Below are positions 29,468-39,156 of a stretch of 64,000 nt of DNA, piece by piece. Location: IMG/VR virus record IMGVR_UViG_3300032116_000017; one strand, written 5' to 3'. The DNA is from an uncultured virus (IMG/VR IMGVR_UViG_3300032116_000017) (lineage: Duplodnaviria > Heunggongvirae > Uroviricota > Caudoviricetes). Under the pieces are notes generated by a model. It was not told the DNA's origin, did not search any database, and saw only the letters and a list, made by a program, of their open reading frames with translations. How positions within the stretch are numbered: position 1 is the first letter of the stretch; the number at the start of each line of letters is the position of its first letter. Both the position numbers and the translations under genes were made by a program.

Positions 29468-29519
29468 TGTCATTAAGACTGTCATTCTGTCAGTAAAAAA
29501 CTAATGGCACACCATTTGA
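29468..29519 (+). promoter_or_regulatory. Sigma54-like -24/-12 element with three upstream TGTCA boxes before dnaK
   Basis: TGGCACACCATTTGA at 29505-29519; TGTCA at 29468, 29480 and 29488. Confidence 0.5.
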
Positions 29520-29547
29520 CAAAGTATAACTAAAAAATAAATAAAAT

Positions 29548-31431
29548 ATGGCAAAAGATGTAATTATAGGAATTGACTTAGGCACAACTAACTCTTGTGT
29601 TGCTGTGGTAGAAGGTGGAGAACCAATCGTTATCACAAACGCTGAGGGTAAAAGAACAACACCATCAGTGGTTGGTTTTACCGACAAAGACAGAAAGATT
29701 GGTGATCCTGCTAAAAGACAAGCAGTAACTAATCCAAACAAAACCGTTTATTCTATCAAAAGATTTATCGGTAAAGATTTTTCAGTTTGTAAGGATGAGG
29801 TAACTCGTGTTCCTTATGAAGTTACTAACACTGGAACTAATGTTCCTGGTGTGAAAATCGATGATAGAGTTTATACTCCACAAGAAATTTCAGCAATGAT
29901 CCTTCAGAAGATGAAAAAAACTGCTGAAGACTATTTAGGTTATGAAGTAAAAAGAGCAGTTATCACTGTCCCGGCTTACTTTGGAGATGCTGAAAGAACC
30001 GCTACTATTGAAGCTGGTGAAATCGCTGGTCTAAAAGTAGAGAGAATTATCAACGAACCAACAGCTGCGGCACTGGCTTATGGTTTAGATAAGAAAAACA
30101 CAGACTCTAAAATCTTAGTATTTGACTGTGGTGGTGGAACTCATGACGTATCTGTTCTTGAAATCGGTGATGGCGTATTTGAAGTAAAATCTACCGATGG
30201 TGATACTCACTTAGGTGGTGACGACTTTGATAACGCAATTATCGAGTGGATGGTTAATGAATTTAAATCAGATAATTCAATTGACCTATCTAAAGACCCT
30301 ATGGCTCTCCAGAGATTGAAAGAAGCAGCTGAGAAAGCAAAGATTGAATTATCTTCTACTTCTCAGTCTGAAATCAATCTACCTTACATTACTGCAAGAG
30401 ATAACATGCCACTTCACTTTGTTAAGTCTTTAACAAAATCTCAGTTTGACCAAATGACCGCATCTTTGGTTGATAGAGCTGTGAAGTGTGCAAAAAGTGC
30501 CCTTAAAAATGCTGGTCTTAAACCATCTGACATTGATGAAGTAATCTTAGTCGGTGGTTCAACAAGAATTCCAGCAGTTCAGGAGGCAGTAGAAAAGTTC
30601 ATTGGTAAGAAACCAAACAAATCAGTTAATCCTGATGAAGTAGTTGCTTTAGGAGCCGCTATTCAAGGAGCTGTTTTAAGTGGTGGAATTACTGATGTTC
30701 TTCTTTTAGATGTAACTCCTCTTTCACTTGGTATTGAAACAATGGGTTCAGTTATGACTAAGTTAATCGAAGCTAATACAACAATTCCGACCCGTAAGTC
30801 AGAAACGTTCTCAACAGCTTCTGATAATCAACCGTCTGTTGAAATTCACGTTTTACAAGGTGAAAGACCGATGGCTCGTGATAACCGCTCACTTGGTCGT
30901 TTTCACTTAGATGGAATCATGCCAGCTCCGAGAGGTATCCCTCAAGTTGAAGTAACATTAGACATTGATGCCAACGGTATACTTTCAGTTTCAGCTAAAG
31001 ATAAAGCTACTGGTAAAGAAAATCAGATTCGTATTGAAGGTGGTTCTCAATTATCTAAAGAAGAAATTGAAAGAATGAAAGCAGAGGCTGAAGCAAATGC
31101 TGAGGCTGATGCTAAAGAAAGAGAAATGGTTGATAAGCTAAATGCAGCAGACTCAATGATTTTCCAAACGGAAAAACAAATTAAAGAGTTTGATGAGAAA
31201 TTATCAGCTGAAGATAAGACAACTTTAAATGAGAAGTTGGCTAACTTGAAATCAGCTCATTCTGAGAAGAACTTAGAAAAGATTGACGAATCTACAGCTA
31301 GTTTAAACGAAGCTTGGTCTCAAATTTCTACTAAGTTATATCAGCAGTCACAGGAAGCCCCAACCAATTCAGATAACAATTCTGATCCTAGCGATGAAGT
31401 TCAGGATGCGGATTTTGAAGAAGTTCCTTAA
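29548..31431 (+). CDS. dnaK: Chaperone DnaK (Hsp70)
   Basis: [48 protein letters not shown]-terminal DADFEEV. Confidence 0.99.
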   Translation: MAKDVIIGIDLGTTNSCVAVVEGGEPIVITNAEGKRTTPSVVGFTDKDRKIGDPAKRQAVTNPNKTVYSIKRFIGKDFSVCKDEVTRVPYEVTNTGTNVPGVKIDDRVYTPQEISAMILQKMKKTAEDYLGYEVKRAVITVPAYFGDAERTATIEAGEIAGLKVERIINEPTAAALAYGLDKKNTDSKILVFDCGGGTHDVSVLEIGDGVFEVKSTDGDTHLGGDDFDNAIIEWMVNEFKSDNSIDLSKDPMALQRLKEAAEKAKIELSSTSQSEINLPYITARDNMPLHFVKSLTKSQFDQMTASLVDRAVKCAKSALKNAGLKPSDIDEVILVGGSTRIPAVQEAVEKFIGKKPNKSVNPDEVVALGAAIQGAVLSGGITDVLLLDVTPLSLGIETMGSVMTKLIEANTTIPTRKSETFSTASDNQPSVEIHVLQGERPMARDNRSLGRFHLDGIMPAPRGIPQVEVTLDIDANGILSVSAKDKATGKENQIRIEGGSQLSKEEIERMKAEAEANAEADAKEREMVDKLNAADSMIFQTEKQIKEFDEKLSAEDKTTLNEKLANLKSAHSEKNLEKIDESTASLNEAWSQISTKLYQQSQEAPTNSDNNSDPSDEVQDADFEEVP

Positions 31432-31436
31432 AAATT

Positions 31437-31464
31437 AAAAGGGTCTCAATTGAGACCCTTTTTT
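31437..31464. terminator. Bidirectional terminator
   Basis: AAAAGGGTCTCAA/TTGAGACCCTTTT inverted repeat. Confidence 0.8.
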
Positions 31465-32297
31465 ATTTCATCAATTATTTGATAATTTTTATCAATTATA
31501 AATGTGAATTCATATCCTTCATTTAAACAAGTTTTCATTTTTACTAAATTTAAATCAATATATCTTTCATAATAGTATTTTGACTTTATCTCACAAATTA
31601 AATTATAATAAGGTAGGTAAAAGTCTGAGTGATACGTTCTATTTTTATTTTTATGATTATATTTTATAGATGGTCCATTTTCTATTAAAATATTATTTCT
31701 TTCACAATAAAGTATAAAATCTAACTCATAACTACCTCGGTAGTAAAGATTATTGTGTTTTTTTAATTTATACCCAGATGTTTGTTGTTTATTGAAAAAT
31801 TCTGACTTATGTTGAGAGTTTTCAACCCCATATTTGGAAATCATAGTTTCTTTTGCTTTACTTCTATTATTGTAACTCGCACTTCCATACTTTAGATATT
31901 TTGTATTTTTAACTTTTGATTGTGATATTTTTGATATGTTATCAATTCCATATTTAGACTCTAACGTCGATATCCTTTTTAATTTAACATCTTCTAAAGA
32001 TAAAGTGTGTTCGGTTCCATATTTTGATAGATTTAATTTTTTTACTTTCTCATATGAACAATTTGAACAATAATAATTGCCATCAAAACTGATACACCTA
32101 TTATAAATATAATATTTTAGATTTTTCTCATTAAAACAAATATCACATATAACCGAAACAACACTATGAGATCCTTTTGCTAAATCTTCTATTTTGACTT
32201 CAATTATTTCATTAACTTTACAATCATATCCCAAGTCTCTATATCTTTCAATATGATTACCTATCATTTTGACTTTAACACTTTTTGTTGTAATCAT
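31446..32297 (-). CDS. Free-standing PD-(D/E)XK (TnsA-like) endonuclease, probable homing endonuclease
   Basis: Cys-rich zinc-finger-like N-terminus, KYG repeats, YRGSYE...YHSDFY...ICEIKS. Confidence 0.7.
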   Translation of the reverse strand: MITTKSVKVKMIGNHIERYRDLGYDCKVNEIIEVKIEDLAKGSHSVVSVICDICFNEKNLKYYIYNRCISFDGNYYCSNCSYEKVKKLNLSKYGTEHTLSLEDVKLKRISTLESKYGIDNISKISQSKVKNTKYLKYGSASYNNRSKAKETMISKYGVENSQHKSEFFNKQQTSGYKLKKHNNLYYRGSYELDFILYCERNNILIENGPSIKYNHKNKNRTYHSDFYLPYYNLICEIKSKYYYERYIDLNLVKMKTCLNEGYEFTFIIDKNYQIIDEIKKGLN

Positions 32298-32342
32298 AAA
32301 CTTATTATAATTTTTACTATATATATTAAAAATAAAATACCT

Positions 32343-32369
32343 ATTTTAGACATTTTAGACATTTTAGAC
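32343..32369 (+). repeat. Three 9-bp tandem repeats (ATTTTAGAC), putative operator
   Basis: Exact triple repeat ending immediately before ATG 32370. Confidence 0.85.
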
Positions 32370-32516
32370 ATGAAGAAAAGAACAACAAGAACATATACAA
32401 TTGATGATGAAATCTATAAAGATTTTGAAAAAATTATCAAAGAAAAATCACTAAACAGATCTCGATTGATAGAGTCTCTTATAATAAAATTCATAAAAGA
32501 GAATGATGTTAAGTAA
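32370..32516 (+). CDS. Ribbon-helix-helix (CopG-like) DNA-binding protein
   Basis: MKKRTTRTYTIDDEIYKDFEKIIKEKSLNRSRLIESLIIKFI: beta strand plus two helices. Confidence 0.75.
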   Translation: MKKRTTRTYTIDDEIYKDFEKIIKEKSLNRSRLIESLIIKFIKENDVK

Positions 32517-32528
32517 TATCTACTTTTA

Positions 32529-32611
32529 GGTCGTAAGTCAGGAAAAGGAACGGAGACGAGTATGATTAAGTTGCATATAGTGAAAGATAGCCTGATGTTT
32601 TGACCCCGTTC
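32529..32611 (+). ncRNA. Candidate pseudoknotted RNA
   Basis: GC-enriched non-coding stretch with GGTCG/TGACC and TCAGG/CCTGA stems and a crossing GAACGG/CCGTTC pairing; terminator follows. Confidence 0.35.
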
Positions 32612-32631
32612 AAGTTAAGGATATGAAAAAC

Positions 32632-32661
32632 AAAAAACCCAGTCTAAGACTGGGTTTTTTT
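32632..32661. terminator. Bidirectional terminator
   Basis: AAAAAACCCAGTC-TAA-GACTGGGTTTTTTT. Confidence 0.85.
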
Positions 32662-32914
32662 ATTTTATTGAATCTAAAAATTTATCATAGTCAAATTTTA
32701 TATCTTCTCTTTTAAATTGAGAAATCATATCTTTTGCTATTTCCATTCTATTTTCTTTATCTTTTACTTTTTTAAGTATATCTATAATACCAGAAACCAT
32801 TTGGTAGTCATTACCTTTTAACTCTGATTTTATTTCCTTTTTTGATTCTGTTATGTTACTAAATTTTCTCATTCTAATTATTTTATTGTTCATCCATTCC
32901 TCTTGGAAATTCAT
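32660..32914 (-). CDS. Small hypothetical protein, true start probably downstream
   Basis: Internal MRKFSNITES resembles the N-tag. Confidence 0.6.
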   Translation of the reverse strand: MNFQEEWMNNKIIRMRKFSNITESKKEIKSELKGNDYQMVSGIIDILKKVKDKENRMEIAKDMISQFKREDIKFDYDKFLDSIK

Positions 32915-33365
32915 CCGGGTCTTCTACTTCCATATTTCTATCGTAAGGATTATCATCATTGTCCTGAATAGTATCATTGTGTTGAATATGACAAGAAATC
33001 TGAAATTGACTTTGATCATTAAAGTTGAATTCAATCTCATAACCAACTGTGTATTCCATACTATTCAAAGTTTCTTTAGCCGATTGTAAGGCATCTAAAA
33101 CCTTACTTATATCTACTTTCATAGGTTCTAAATTAGAGACACCATAAGCATAATCATTTTCAATATAGTCATATTTACTATTAGCGGTTTTCTTTAAATC
33201 AATAAAATACTTAGCGCCTTTATCTTTACTAGCTCGGTATCCATCAATAAATGTAAGTGTGAAATCCATATCAATTAAATCAATAAAAATATCATTGATA
33301 GTTTTCTCATCAATATATTCATTACTTTCTTTAATGAATTCTTGGTATGTCTTTTTTATCTTCAT
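32883..33365 (-). CDS. N-tagged repeat-family protein
   Basis: MKIKKTYQEFIKES, the closest match to T4 CTS MKTYQEFIAE; INDIFIDLIDMDF. Confidence 0.8.
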   Translation of the reverse strand: MKIKKTYQEFIKESNEYIDEKTINDIFIDLIDMDFTLTFIDGYRASKDKGAKYFIDLKKTANSKYDYIENDYAYGVSNLEPMKVDISKVLDALQSAKETLNSMEYTVGYEIEFNFNDQSQFQISCHIQHNDTIQDNDDNPYDRNMEVEDPDEFPRGMDEQ

Positions 33366-33367
33366 AA

Positions 33368-34609
33368 TTAATAATCACTATACCATTCACCTTCAGTTGA
33401 GCGAAGGACTCTCATAGAACCGTCTTCATCATCCTGTGTGTTTCTTAATTCATTAGAACCTGTATAACAAAAACACATAGTATCAACATAAGGATAATAT
33501 TCACAATCAGAGTTATCGACTTTTACAATAATTTCAGGCCTTGAAATAAGTGTCCCGTTTGTAATGTTTTCTCTTGGTGACATGGATTGAGAGTCTTTAT
33601 AAAACCAACCATTCTTTTGAGCAAATTGTTTAAATAAATCTACATCAGAATCATAAGTAGTATAGATTCTATCCATAAACATTTCTTTTTGTCCATTTAT
33701 TTCAGCATCCCAAAGAATAGCTCTACCTTTAATTTTAGTTGATGTGTATTTTTCCTCTTGAACTTGTCCATTATCATCATAAAGTATTACAAGAGATACT
33801 TGTTTGTTTGAAGTGTATATCTCAAAATAATCTGAATCAACTTCAGCCATACAAGAGTTGTTAAGTGTTCCACCACCATCAACATATTTTCCATAGTCAT
33901 ACCAATAGGCAATAGTACTGCCTTTAACAATATCAAATTGTTTTAAAACGTCTGCAGCGAAATCATATGTTGCTTTCCATTGATTGGTGAATTCTTCAAC
34001 ATCTCTGTCTGTTACAGTAACTCCAGCGGATCTGAGCAATGGTCTTACAAGTCTTCCGATTCTAATTGGGTTACGAGATGTTTTCCAAATTCCTGAATCA
34101 TCAAAATCTGCTAATGTTAGGCAATCTTTATTTAAAACAGCATGTCTTTTTTCATCTTCATCGGTAAGTTCTTCAAAAAGAACAAAAACTTTTCCAGAAG
34201 TTGGACTAACAACTTCTGATTTAATTAATCCTTTTTGTCCATCATTAGGTGTCCAGTATTCTTTAGACTTATCATATCCTAAAGCTTCGAATAATTTATC
34301 ATTTGAATCACTATGTGTTAATTGACGACGAGTTCCAACTTTATAAACTTCTGGTCTCCCAGCTGTTAATTCTTGTACTTTTCTATCAGGTGTAAAAGAA
34401 ACTTCTTCTTTATTATCAGTAATATCAATATAATTGTGTTGAATATTAAAATCTTTTGAGTAGATATTTAACAAATCAGAGGCTATTTTATTTGTTCTCA
34501 TTCTATTTAGAAGATTCAAAAACTTTTTTGAAAAAATAACTTTGGATTCTAAAAGTAACTCTTCTATCTTACTTTCAGTTAAAAAATCGGAATATTTAAA
34601 AACTTTCAT
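33368..34609 (-). CDS. N-tagged phage protein of unknown function
   Basis: Likely start 34609 (MKVFKYSDFLTES); LNNSCM, GRAILW, FMDRIY, YPYVDT motifs. Confidence 0.75.
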   Translation of the reverse strand: MKVFKYSDFLTESKIEELLLESKVIFSKKFLNLLNRMRTNKIASDLLNIYSKDFNIQHNYIDITDNKEEVSFTPDRKVQELTAGRPEVYKVGTRRQLTHSDSNDKLFEALGYDKSKEYWTPNDGQKGLIKSEVVSPTSGKVFVLFEELTDEDEKRHAVLNKDCLTLADFDDSGIWKTSRNPIRIGRLVRPLLRSAGVTVTDRDVEEFTNQWKATYDFAADVLKQFDIVKGSTIAYWYDYGKYVDGGGTLNNSCMAEVDSDYFEIYTSNKQVSLVILYDDNGQVQEEKYTSTKIKGRAILWDAEINGQKEMFMDRIYTTYDSDVDLFKQFAQKNGWFYKDSQSMSPRENITNGTLISRPEIIVKVDNSDCEYYPYVDTMCFCYTGSNELRNTQDDEDGSMRVLRSTEGEWYSDY

Positions 34610-34684
34610 ACTTATATATATTAATTTTAAAAAATTCAAATGTTATTTTTTTAATCATAAAAAAATAAAAATATATACTTAGTT

Positions 34685-34948
34685 ATGGATGTGATATTCA
34701 ATAAAGTATTAAAGAATAAGATTATTAAATTGATTAAAATCTATTCAATTGATGTGGATGAATTAGTAATTGATTTTCCTTTATCTATTGGATTCTATCA
34801 TACAATAGAATACGACAAAATCACAAATGAAATAATACTACATATGTTTGATTTTGACTTTGATTATCCATATCTTTTTGAGGATTTGTCCGAAGACGAT
34901 AAATTAAGAGTCTATCAAATTTTAAAGGGAATTGAGCATCTGGATTAA
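34685..34948 (+). CDS. Hypothetical protein
   Basis: 87 aa; AATATATA upstream. Confidence 0.6.
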   Translation: MDVIFNKVLKNKIIKLIKIYSIDVDELVIDFPLSIGFYHTIEYDKITNEIILHMFDFDFDYPYLFEDLSEDDKLRVYQILKGIEHLD

Positions 34949-35923
34949 CTCTACTTGTGGAAAAAGGTCAAATTTATCTTTTCTCACTTGTGTGTGTGTT
35001 CTTAGACCACCTAAACTAAACCACTTATCATCATACTCAAACCAATCTTCATTGTAGATTCCCTTTTCTATTTCTATGTTCCATCTGTCTTTCAAATAAA
35101 GAATTAGATTTCTTGTTGAGTTTAGTTGTAAATCTGTATATCTTTCCCAATATTTATATCCCCTAAAAGGATTCGATAACTCAACCACATCTGAATCATT
35201 AATTGGTTTATTAACATAGTTATAAAATCTGCCGTCTTTTCCTTGAGTGAGTTGTCCGTAATTACAAATTTCTATTGAAATTGACTTCGAGTTAAGTTCT
35301 TGTGACTTTTTTGTTATTCCTAAGTGATATGCCCAATTTCTATCATCTATAGCTCTTAACACTTTACCATCCCATATTGTTTCAAATGTGGATGATGATT
35401 TTCTACCAATAACAAAATGAGTTCCGACTTTTAAAGGCTTAGGAGTTCCATTAGTATCTAATGTAGGATTTCCATCAGAGTCTTTTTGAAAGTCCTTTTC
35501 CCAGGAACCAATAGTCCAGTCTGGTCTTGATCCACCAGCAGTGTGATGTAACCATATTGTATTTTTTTGAGTCTCTGATTCGTAGTATTCTTCTTTAGAT
35601 AAAAGATTGTCAAATATTCTTAACCCACCTTCTCCAATGTAGAAAACATTTTGAGGAATTTCAACTACGTTACTTACCGGAATTGGATCCATATTTCTTG
35701 GTTTCCCGTCATATGCCATTAGTTGGTACCAAGTTTGTGATCCAACGACTCCATCTGCTTTTATTCCAATTTTTCTTTGAAAAGTAGTAACCGCAACAAG
35801 AGTGTTTTGACCAAAATGTCCATCGATTTTCTCTTTTAGAAATCCAAATTCCTTCAGTTTAATTTGTAACTGTCTAACGTCATCACCTGACATCTTTAAA
35901 GTTATAACTCTTTTTAGTTTCAT
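34922..35923 (-). CDS. Endolysin: peptidoglycan-binding domain plus N-acetylmuramoyl-L-alanine amidase
   Basis: DGHFGQNT..AV..FQ...DGVVG.QTW; LHHTAG, WAYHLG, SISIEICN, TH..VRKDKFD. Confidence 0.88.
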   Translation of the reverse strand: MKLKRVITLKMSGDDVRQLQIKLKEFGFLKEKIDGHFGQNTLVAVTTFQRKIGIKADGVVGSQTWYQLMAYDGKPRNMDPIPVSNVVEIPQNVFYIGEGGLRIFDNLLSKEEYYESETQKNTIWLHHTAGGSRPDWTIGSWEKDFQKDSDGNPTLDTNGTPKPLKVGTHFVIGRKSSSTFETIWDGKVLRAIDDRNWAYHLGITKKSQELNSKSISIEICNYGQLTQGKDGRFYNYVNKPINDSDVVELSNPFRGYKYWERYTDLQLNSTRNLILYLKDRWNIEIEKGIYNEDWFEYDDKWFSLGGLRTHTQVRKDKFDLFPQVELIQMLNSL

Positions 35924-36438
35924 TGGTTCTCTAAATTTTTATATCTAAGTTGATTTTTTTGTTCCATATAAGCTTTTAAGTCTTCATATGTTACATTACC
36001 TGGATTTGCAAACAATTTTTGAGGATCAGCTGGTTTTTTATCTTCAATTTTCTTTAATTCATCATTCCTTTTCTTTTCATCATAAGCTTCTTCTGCTTGT
36101 TTCAAAAGATGACCAATATAGAATTCTATTCCCTTTTCTTTAACTAAATCTCTGTCAAAAGTATTTATAAATTCTTCAAAGGTTTCACCAACATAGACAC
36201 CAAAGTTATCATCTCTTACAAAATGGTCAATATAAAACTTTATATCACCGATTGATCCTTGTGCATAAATTGTTGTTTTATATTGAGAAGTGTAATAATA
36301 TGAAAATCTATCTTTTTCATTTAGCATCCTTTGACCATTCTTTTCAACTGTTGATACTAATCCTAAACTATGTCTGTAATGCCTACATTTTTTGAATTCA
36401 TTACAGATTGAAGTGCTACAAACTATATTTACTGACAT
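35920..36438 (-). CDS. Hypothetical protein
   Basis: 172-aa ORF overlapping the endolysin start. Confidence 0.7.
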   Translation of the reverse strand: MSVNIVCSTSICNEFKKCRHYRHSLGLVSTVEKNGQRMLNEKDRFSYYYTSQYKTTIYAQGSIGDIKFYIDHFVRDDNFGVYVGETFEEFINTFDRDLVKEKGIEFYIGHLLKQAEEAYDEKKRNDELKKIEDKKPADPQKLFANPGNVTYEDLKAYMEQKNQLRYKNLENQ

Positions 36439-36471
36439 AAAACTATTTATTAAAAATCGCAGTCTCTGTTT

Positions 36472-37023
36472 CTATTCTGTTTCAATTTCAAATTCTTCTT
36501 CATCTGAACCAAACTCTTCATCTAGTTCTAATTTTAAATCAATAATAAATTCTTCGTCTAGTTTTTTAACTTCGACATTTTTAGAAATTTGACCAATAAT
36601 ATCAAAAGAGTTAATATCATATTTTTTGAATTTAACATAACATTTCTTTATATCGGAAATCTTAAAATCTTTTGTCGCGTCTTTAGGAAGAGCTTCTTTC
36701 AAATCGATCATAATAATTAAGGCATATGTTGCTAACTCATCAGAAAATTTAACAGTAAGAGAATCATATAATTTAGAATATTTAGACAATTCATTACTCT
36801 CTAATCTTAATCCTAAGTCTTTAAAACTCATTTTGGATTTGTCCTTAAAGTCTCTTTTTGCTTGTTGAGGTGTTTTTTCTTCTGTGGAATTTTCATCCGG
36901 AACCTCATAGTCAAACATCCTATCTACATCTCTTTTTAACTTTGTAAGAGCCATTGCGACATAATTTTCTGGAGTATCGTTTAACTCTTCGTTAATAAAT
37001 TGAAAAAATTTTCTAATCTTCAT
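36472..37023 (-). CDS. N-tagged hypothetical protein
   Basis: Likely start 37023 (MKIRKFFQFINEE) behind TAATATATA. Confidence 0.75.
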   Translation of the reverse strand: MKIRKFFQFINEELNDTPENYVAMALTKLKRDVDRMFDYEVPDENSTEEKTPQQAKRDFKDKSKMSFKDLGLRLESNELSKYSKLYDSLTVKFSDELATYALIIMIDLKEALPKDATKDFKISDIKKCYVKFKKYDINSFDIIGQISKNVEVKKLDEEFIIDLKLELDEEFGSDEEEFEIETE

Positions 37024-37114
37024 AAAGTATATATTATTTTTCAATTTCCGTTATTTGGAAAATAGAATAAACAATATATAATTTGATAAGTATAATAAAA
37101 AAAAAGAAATTCAA

Positions 37115-39037
37115 ATGAGTCTATTAAACACAATCAAAAAAGATTTCGTTCAAACTGAAAAAGATTTATCAATAAAGGATTATTTAGAACTTTGTAAAAA
37201 TGATAAATCAATTTACACTTCACCTGCTGAAAGAATGCTTCAAGCAATTGGAGAGCCTGAAGTCATTGATACTAAATTCGACGAGAGATTAAGTCGTATT
37301 TATTCTAACCGAGTTATTAAAAGATATCCAGCCTTTGCTGAGTTTTTTGGAATGGAAGATACAATCGAACAAATAGTATCTTTCTTCAAACACGCTGCAC
37401 AGGGATTAGAAGAAAAGAAACAAATTATTTATCTACTCGGTCCAGTTGGTGGTGGTAAATCATCTTTAGCAGAAAGGTTAAAACAATTAATGGAAAAAAG
37501 CTATATCTATGTTCTTATAGCTGACGGAGAGGTTTCTCCTGTTTGGGAAAATCCACTTGGACTTTTTTCAAATTATAGAACTGAACTAGAAGATGAATAT
37601 GGTATTCATAGAAGATACGTTCCTTCTTGTCCTTCTCCTTGGGCTACAAAAAGATTAGCTGAATTTGAAGGTGACATTTCTAAGTTCAAAGTTCGTAGAT
37701 TGAAATGTTCTATCTCATCACAAATAGGTATTTCTAAAGTAGAACCAGGAGATGAGAACAATCAGGATATCTCAGCGCTTGTTGGAAAAGTTGATATTAG
37801 AAAACTGGCTGAGTTTCCACAAAATGACGCAGATGCTTACTCTTACTCAGGTTCTCTTTGTAAATCTAATCAAGGACTTATGGAATTTGTTGAGATGTTT
37901 AAAGCTCCGATTAAATTACTTCACCCATTATTAACAGCTACTCAAGAAGGTAACTTTAATGGAACTGAAAACTTACCAGCTATTCCATTCCAGGGTATTC
38001 TTTTAGCTCACTCTAATGAGTCTGAGTGGGAAACCTTCTCTAATGATAAAAAGAATGAAGCTTTCTTAGACCGTGTTTATATTGTAAGAGTTCCTTACTG
38101 TTTGAGAATCGACGAAGAAGTAGAAATTTATCAAAAACTTCTTAAAGGTTCTTCTCTTTCTCAAGCACCTTGCGCTCCTAAAACATTGGAAATGCTCGCT
38201 CAGTTTTGTGTAATGACAAGACTTAAAAGACCAGAAAATTCACTTATGTATTCTAAAATGAGAATTTATAATGGTGAGAACTTAAAAGAGTCTGATCCAA
38301 AGGCTAAATCATTACAGGAATATAAAGACGATGCCGGAATTACTGAAGGAATGAACGGAATCTCTACCCGTTTTGCTTTTAAAGTTCTTTCTAAAGTATT
38401 CAACCATGATTCAGAAGAAGTTGCGGCAAATCCAGTTCATCTTTTCTATGTTTTAGAACAGGAAATCGTTAAAGCTCAAATGAATAAAGAAGTTGAAGAG
38501 TATTACTTAAATATTCTTAAATCAACAATGACTAACAAATATGCTGAGTTCATCGGTGATGAAATTCAAAAAGCTTACGTTGATTCTTATCAAGAATATG
38601 GTCAAAACTTATTTGAGAGATATATTACTTATGCTGATCATTGGTGTCAAGATAATGATTATAGAGATCCTGAAACTGGTCAGCAATTTGATAGAGGTGC
38701 TCTTAACGAAGAGTTAGAAAAAATTGAAAAGCCGGCTGGTATTGCAAATCCAAAAGATTTCAGAAATGATATAGTTCAATTTTATCTAAGACACAAAGCT
38801 AAGAATAGTAAATCTCCATCATGGGATTCTTATGAGAAAATTAAGAATGTTATTGAAAAAAGAATATTCTCTAAAACTGAAGATCTTATACCAGTCATAT
38901 CATTCACTGGTAAAACTTCTAAAGACGAAGAGAAGAAACATTCTGAATTTGTCAATAGAATGAAAGATAGAGGATATACTAATAAACAAATAAAACTTTT
39001 GACAGACTGGTACCTCAGAATTAGGAAATCATCTTAA
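37115..39037 (+). CDS. prkA: PrkA/YeaG AAA+ serine kinase family
   Basis: GPVGGGKSS, EPGDENNQDIS.LVGKVDIRKL, EFVEMFKAPIK.LHPLLTATQE, NEAFLDR. Confidence 0.96.
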   Translation: MSLLNTIKKDFVQTEKDLSIKDYLELCKNDKSIYTSPAERMLQAIGEPEVIDTKFDERLSRIYSNRVIKRYPAFAEFFGMEDTIEQIVSFFKHAAQGLEEKKQIIYLLGPVGGGKSSLAERLKQLMEKSYIYVLIADGEVSPVWENPLGLFSNYRTELEDEYGIHRRYVPSCPSPWATKRLAEFEGDISKFKVRRLKCSISSQIGISKVEPGDENNQDISALVGKVDIRKLAEFPQNDADAYSYSGSLCKSNQGLMEFVEMFKAPIKLLHPLLTATQEGNFNGTENLPAIPFQGILLAHSNESEWETFSNDKKNEAFLDRVYIVRVPYCLRIDEEVEIYQKLLKGSSLSQAPCAPKTLEMLAQFCVMTRLKRPENSLMYSKMRIYNGENLKESDPKAKSLQEYKDDAGITEGMNGISTRFAFKVLSKVFNHDSEEVAANPVHLFYVLEQEIVKAQMNKEVEEYYLNILKSTMTNKYAEFIGDEIQKAYVDSYQEYGQNLFERYITYADHWCQDNDYRDPETGQQFDRGALNEELEKIEKPAGIANPKDFRNDIVQFYLRHKAKNSKSPSWDSYEKIKNVIEKRIFSKTEDLIPVISFTGKTSKDEEKKHSEFVNRMKDRGYTNKQIKLLTDWYLRIRKSS

Positions 39038-39156
39038 TGAGACCTGTTAAAGACTTATTTACAAAAGAATACTATCGTATTAATCGTATTAAAAGGGTAG
39101 TTGTGCGCAAACTAAAAATAGAAAGAATATTCAATGTCAATAAACATAGTAGATAG
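39037..39156 (+). CDS. Small basic peptide (39 aa) with the C-terminal-type motif
   Basis: TAATG overlap with the prkA stop; contains VRKLKIERIFN. Confidence 0.45.
   Translation: MRPVKDLFTKEYYRINRIKRVVVRKLKIERIFNVNKHSR

Noticed and set aside
32343..32369. ATTTTAGAC repeats as a mini-CRISPR, or as part of the longer ORF 32253..32516
   Set aside because: The repeats are 9 bp with no spacers. The RHH fold starts at ATG 32370, and the upstream extension overlaps the divergent gene and its promoter.
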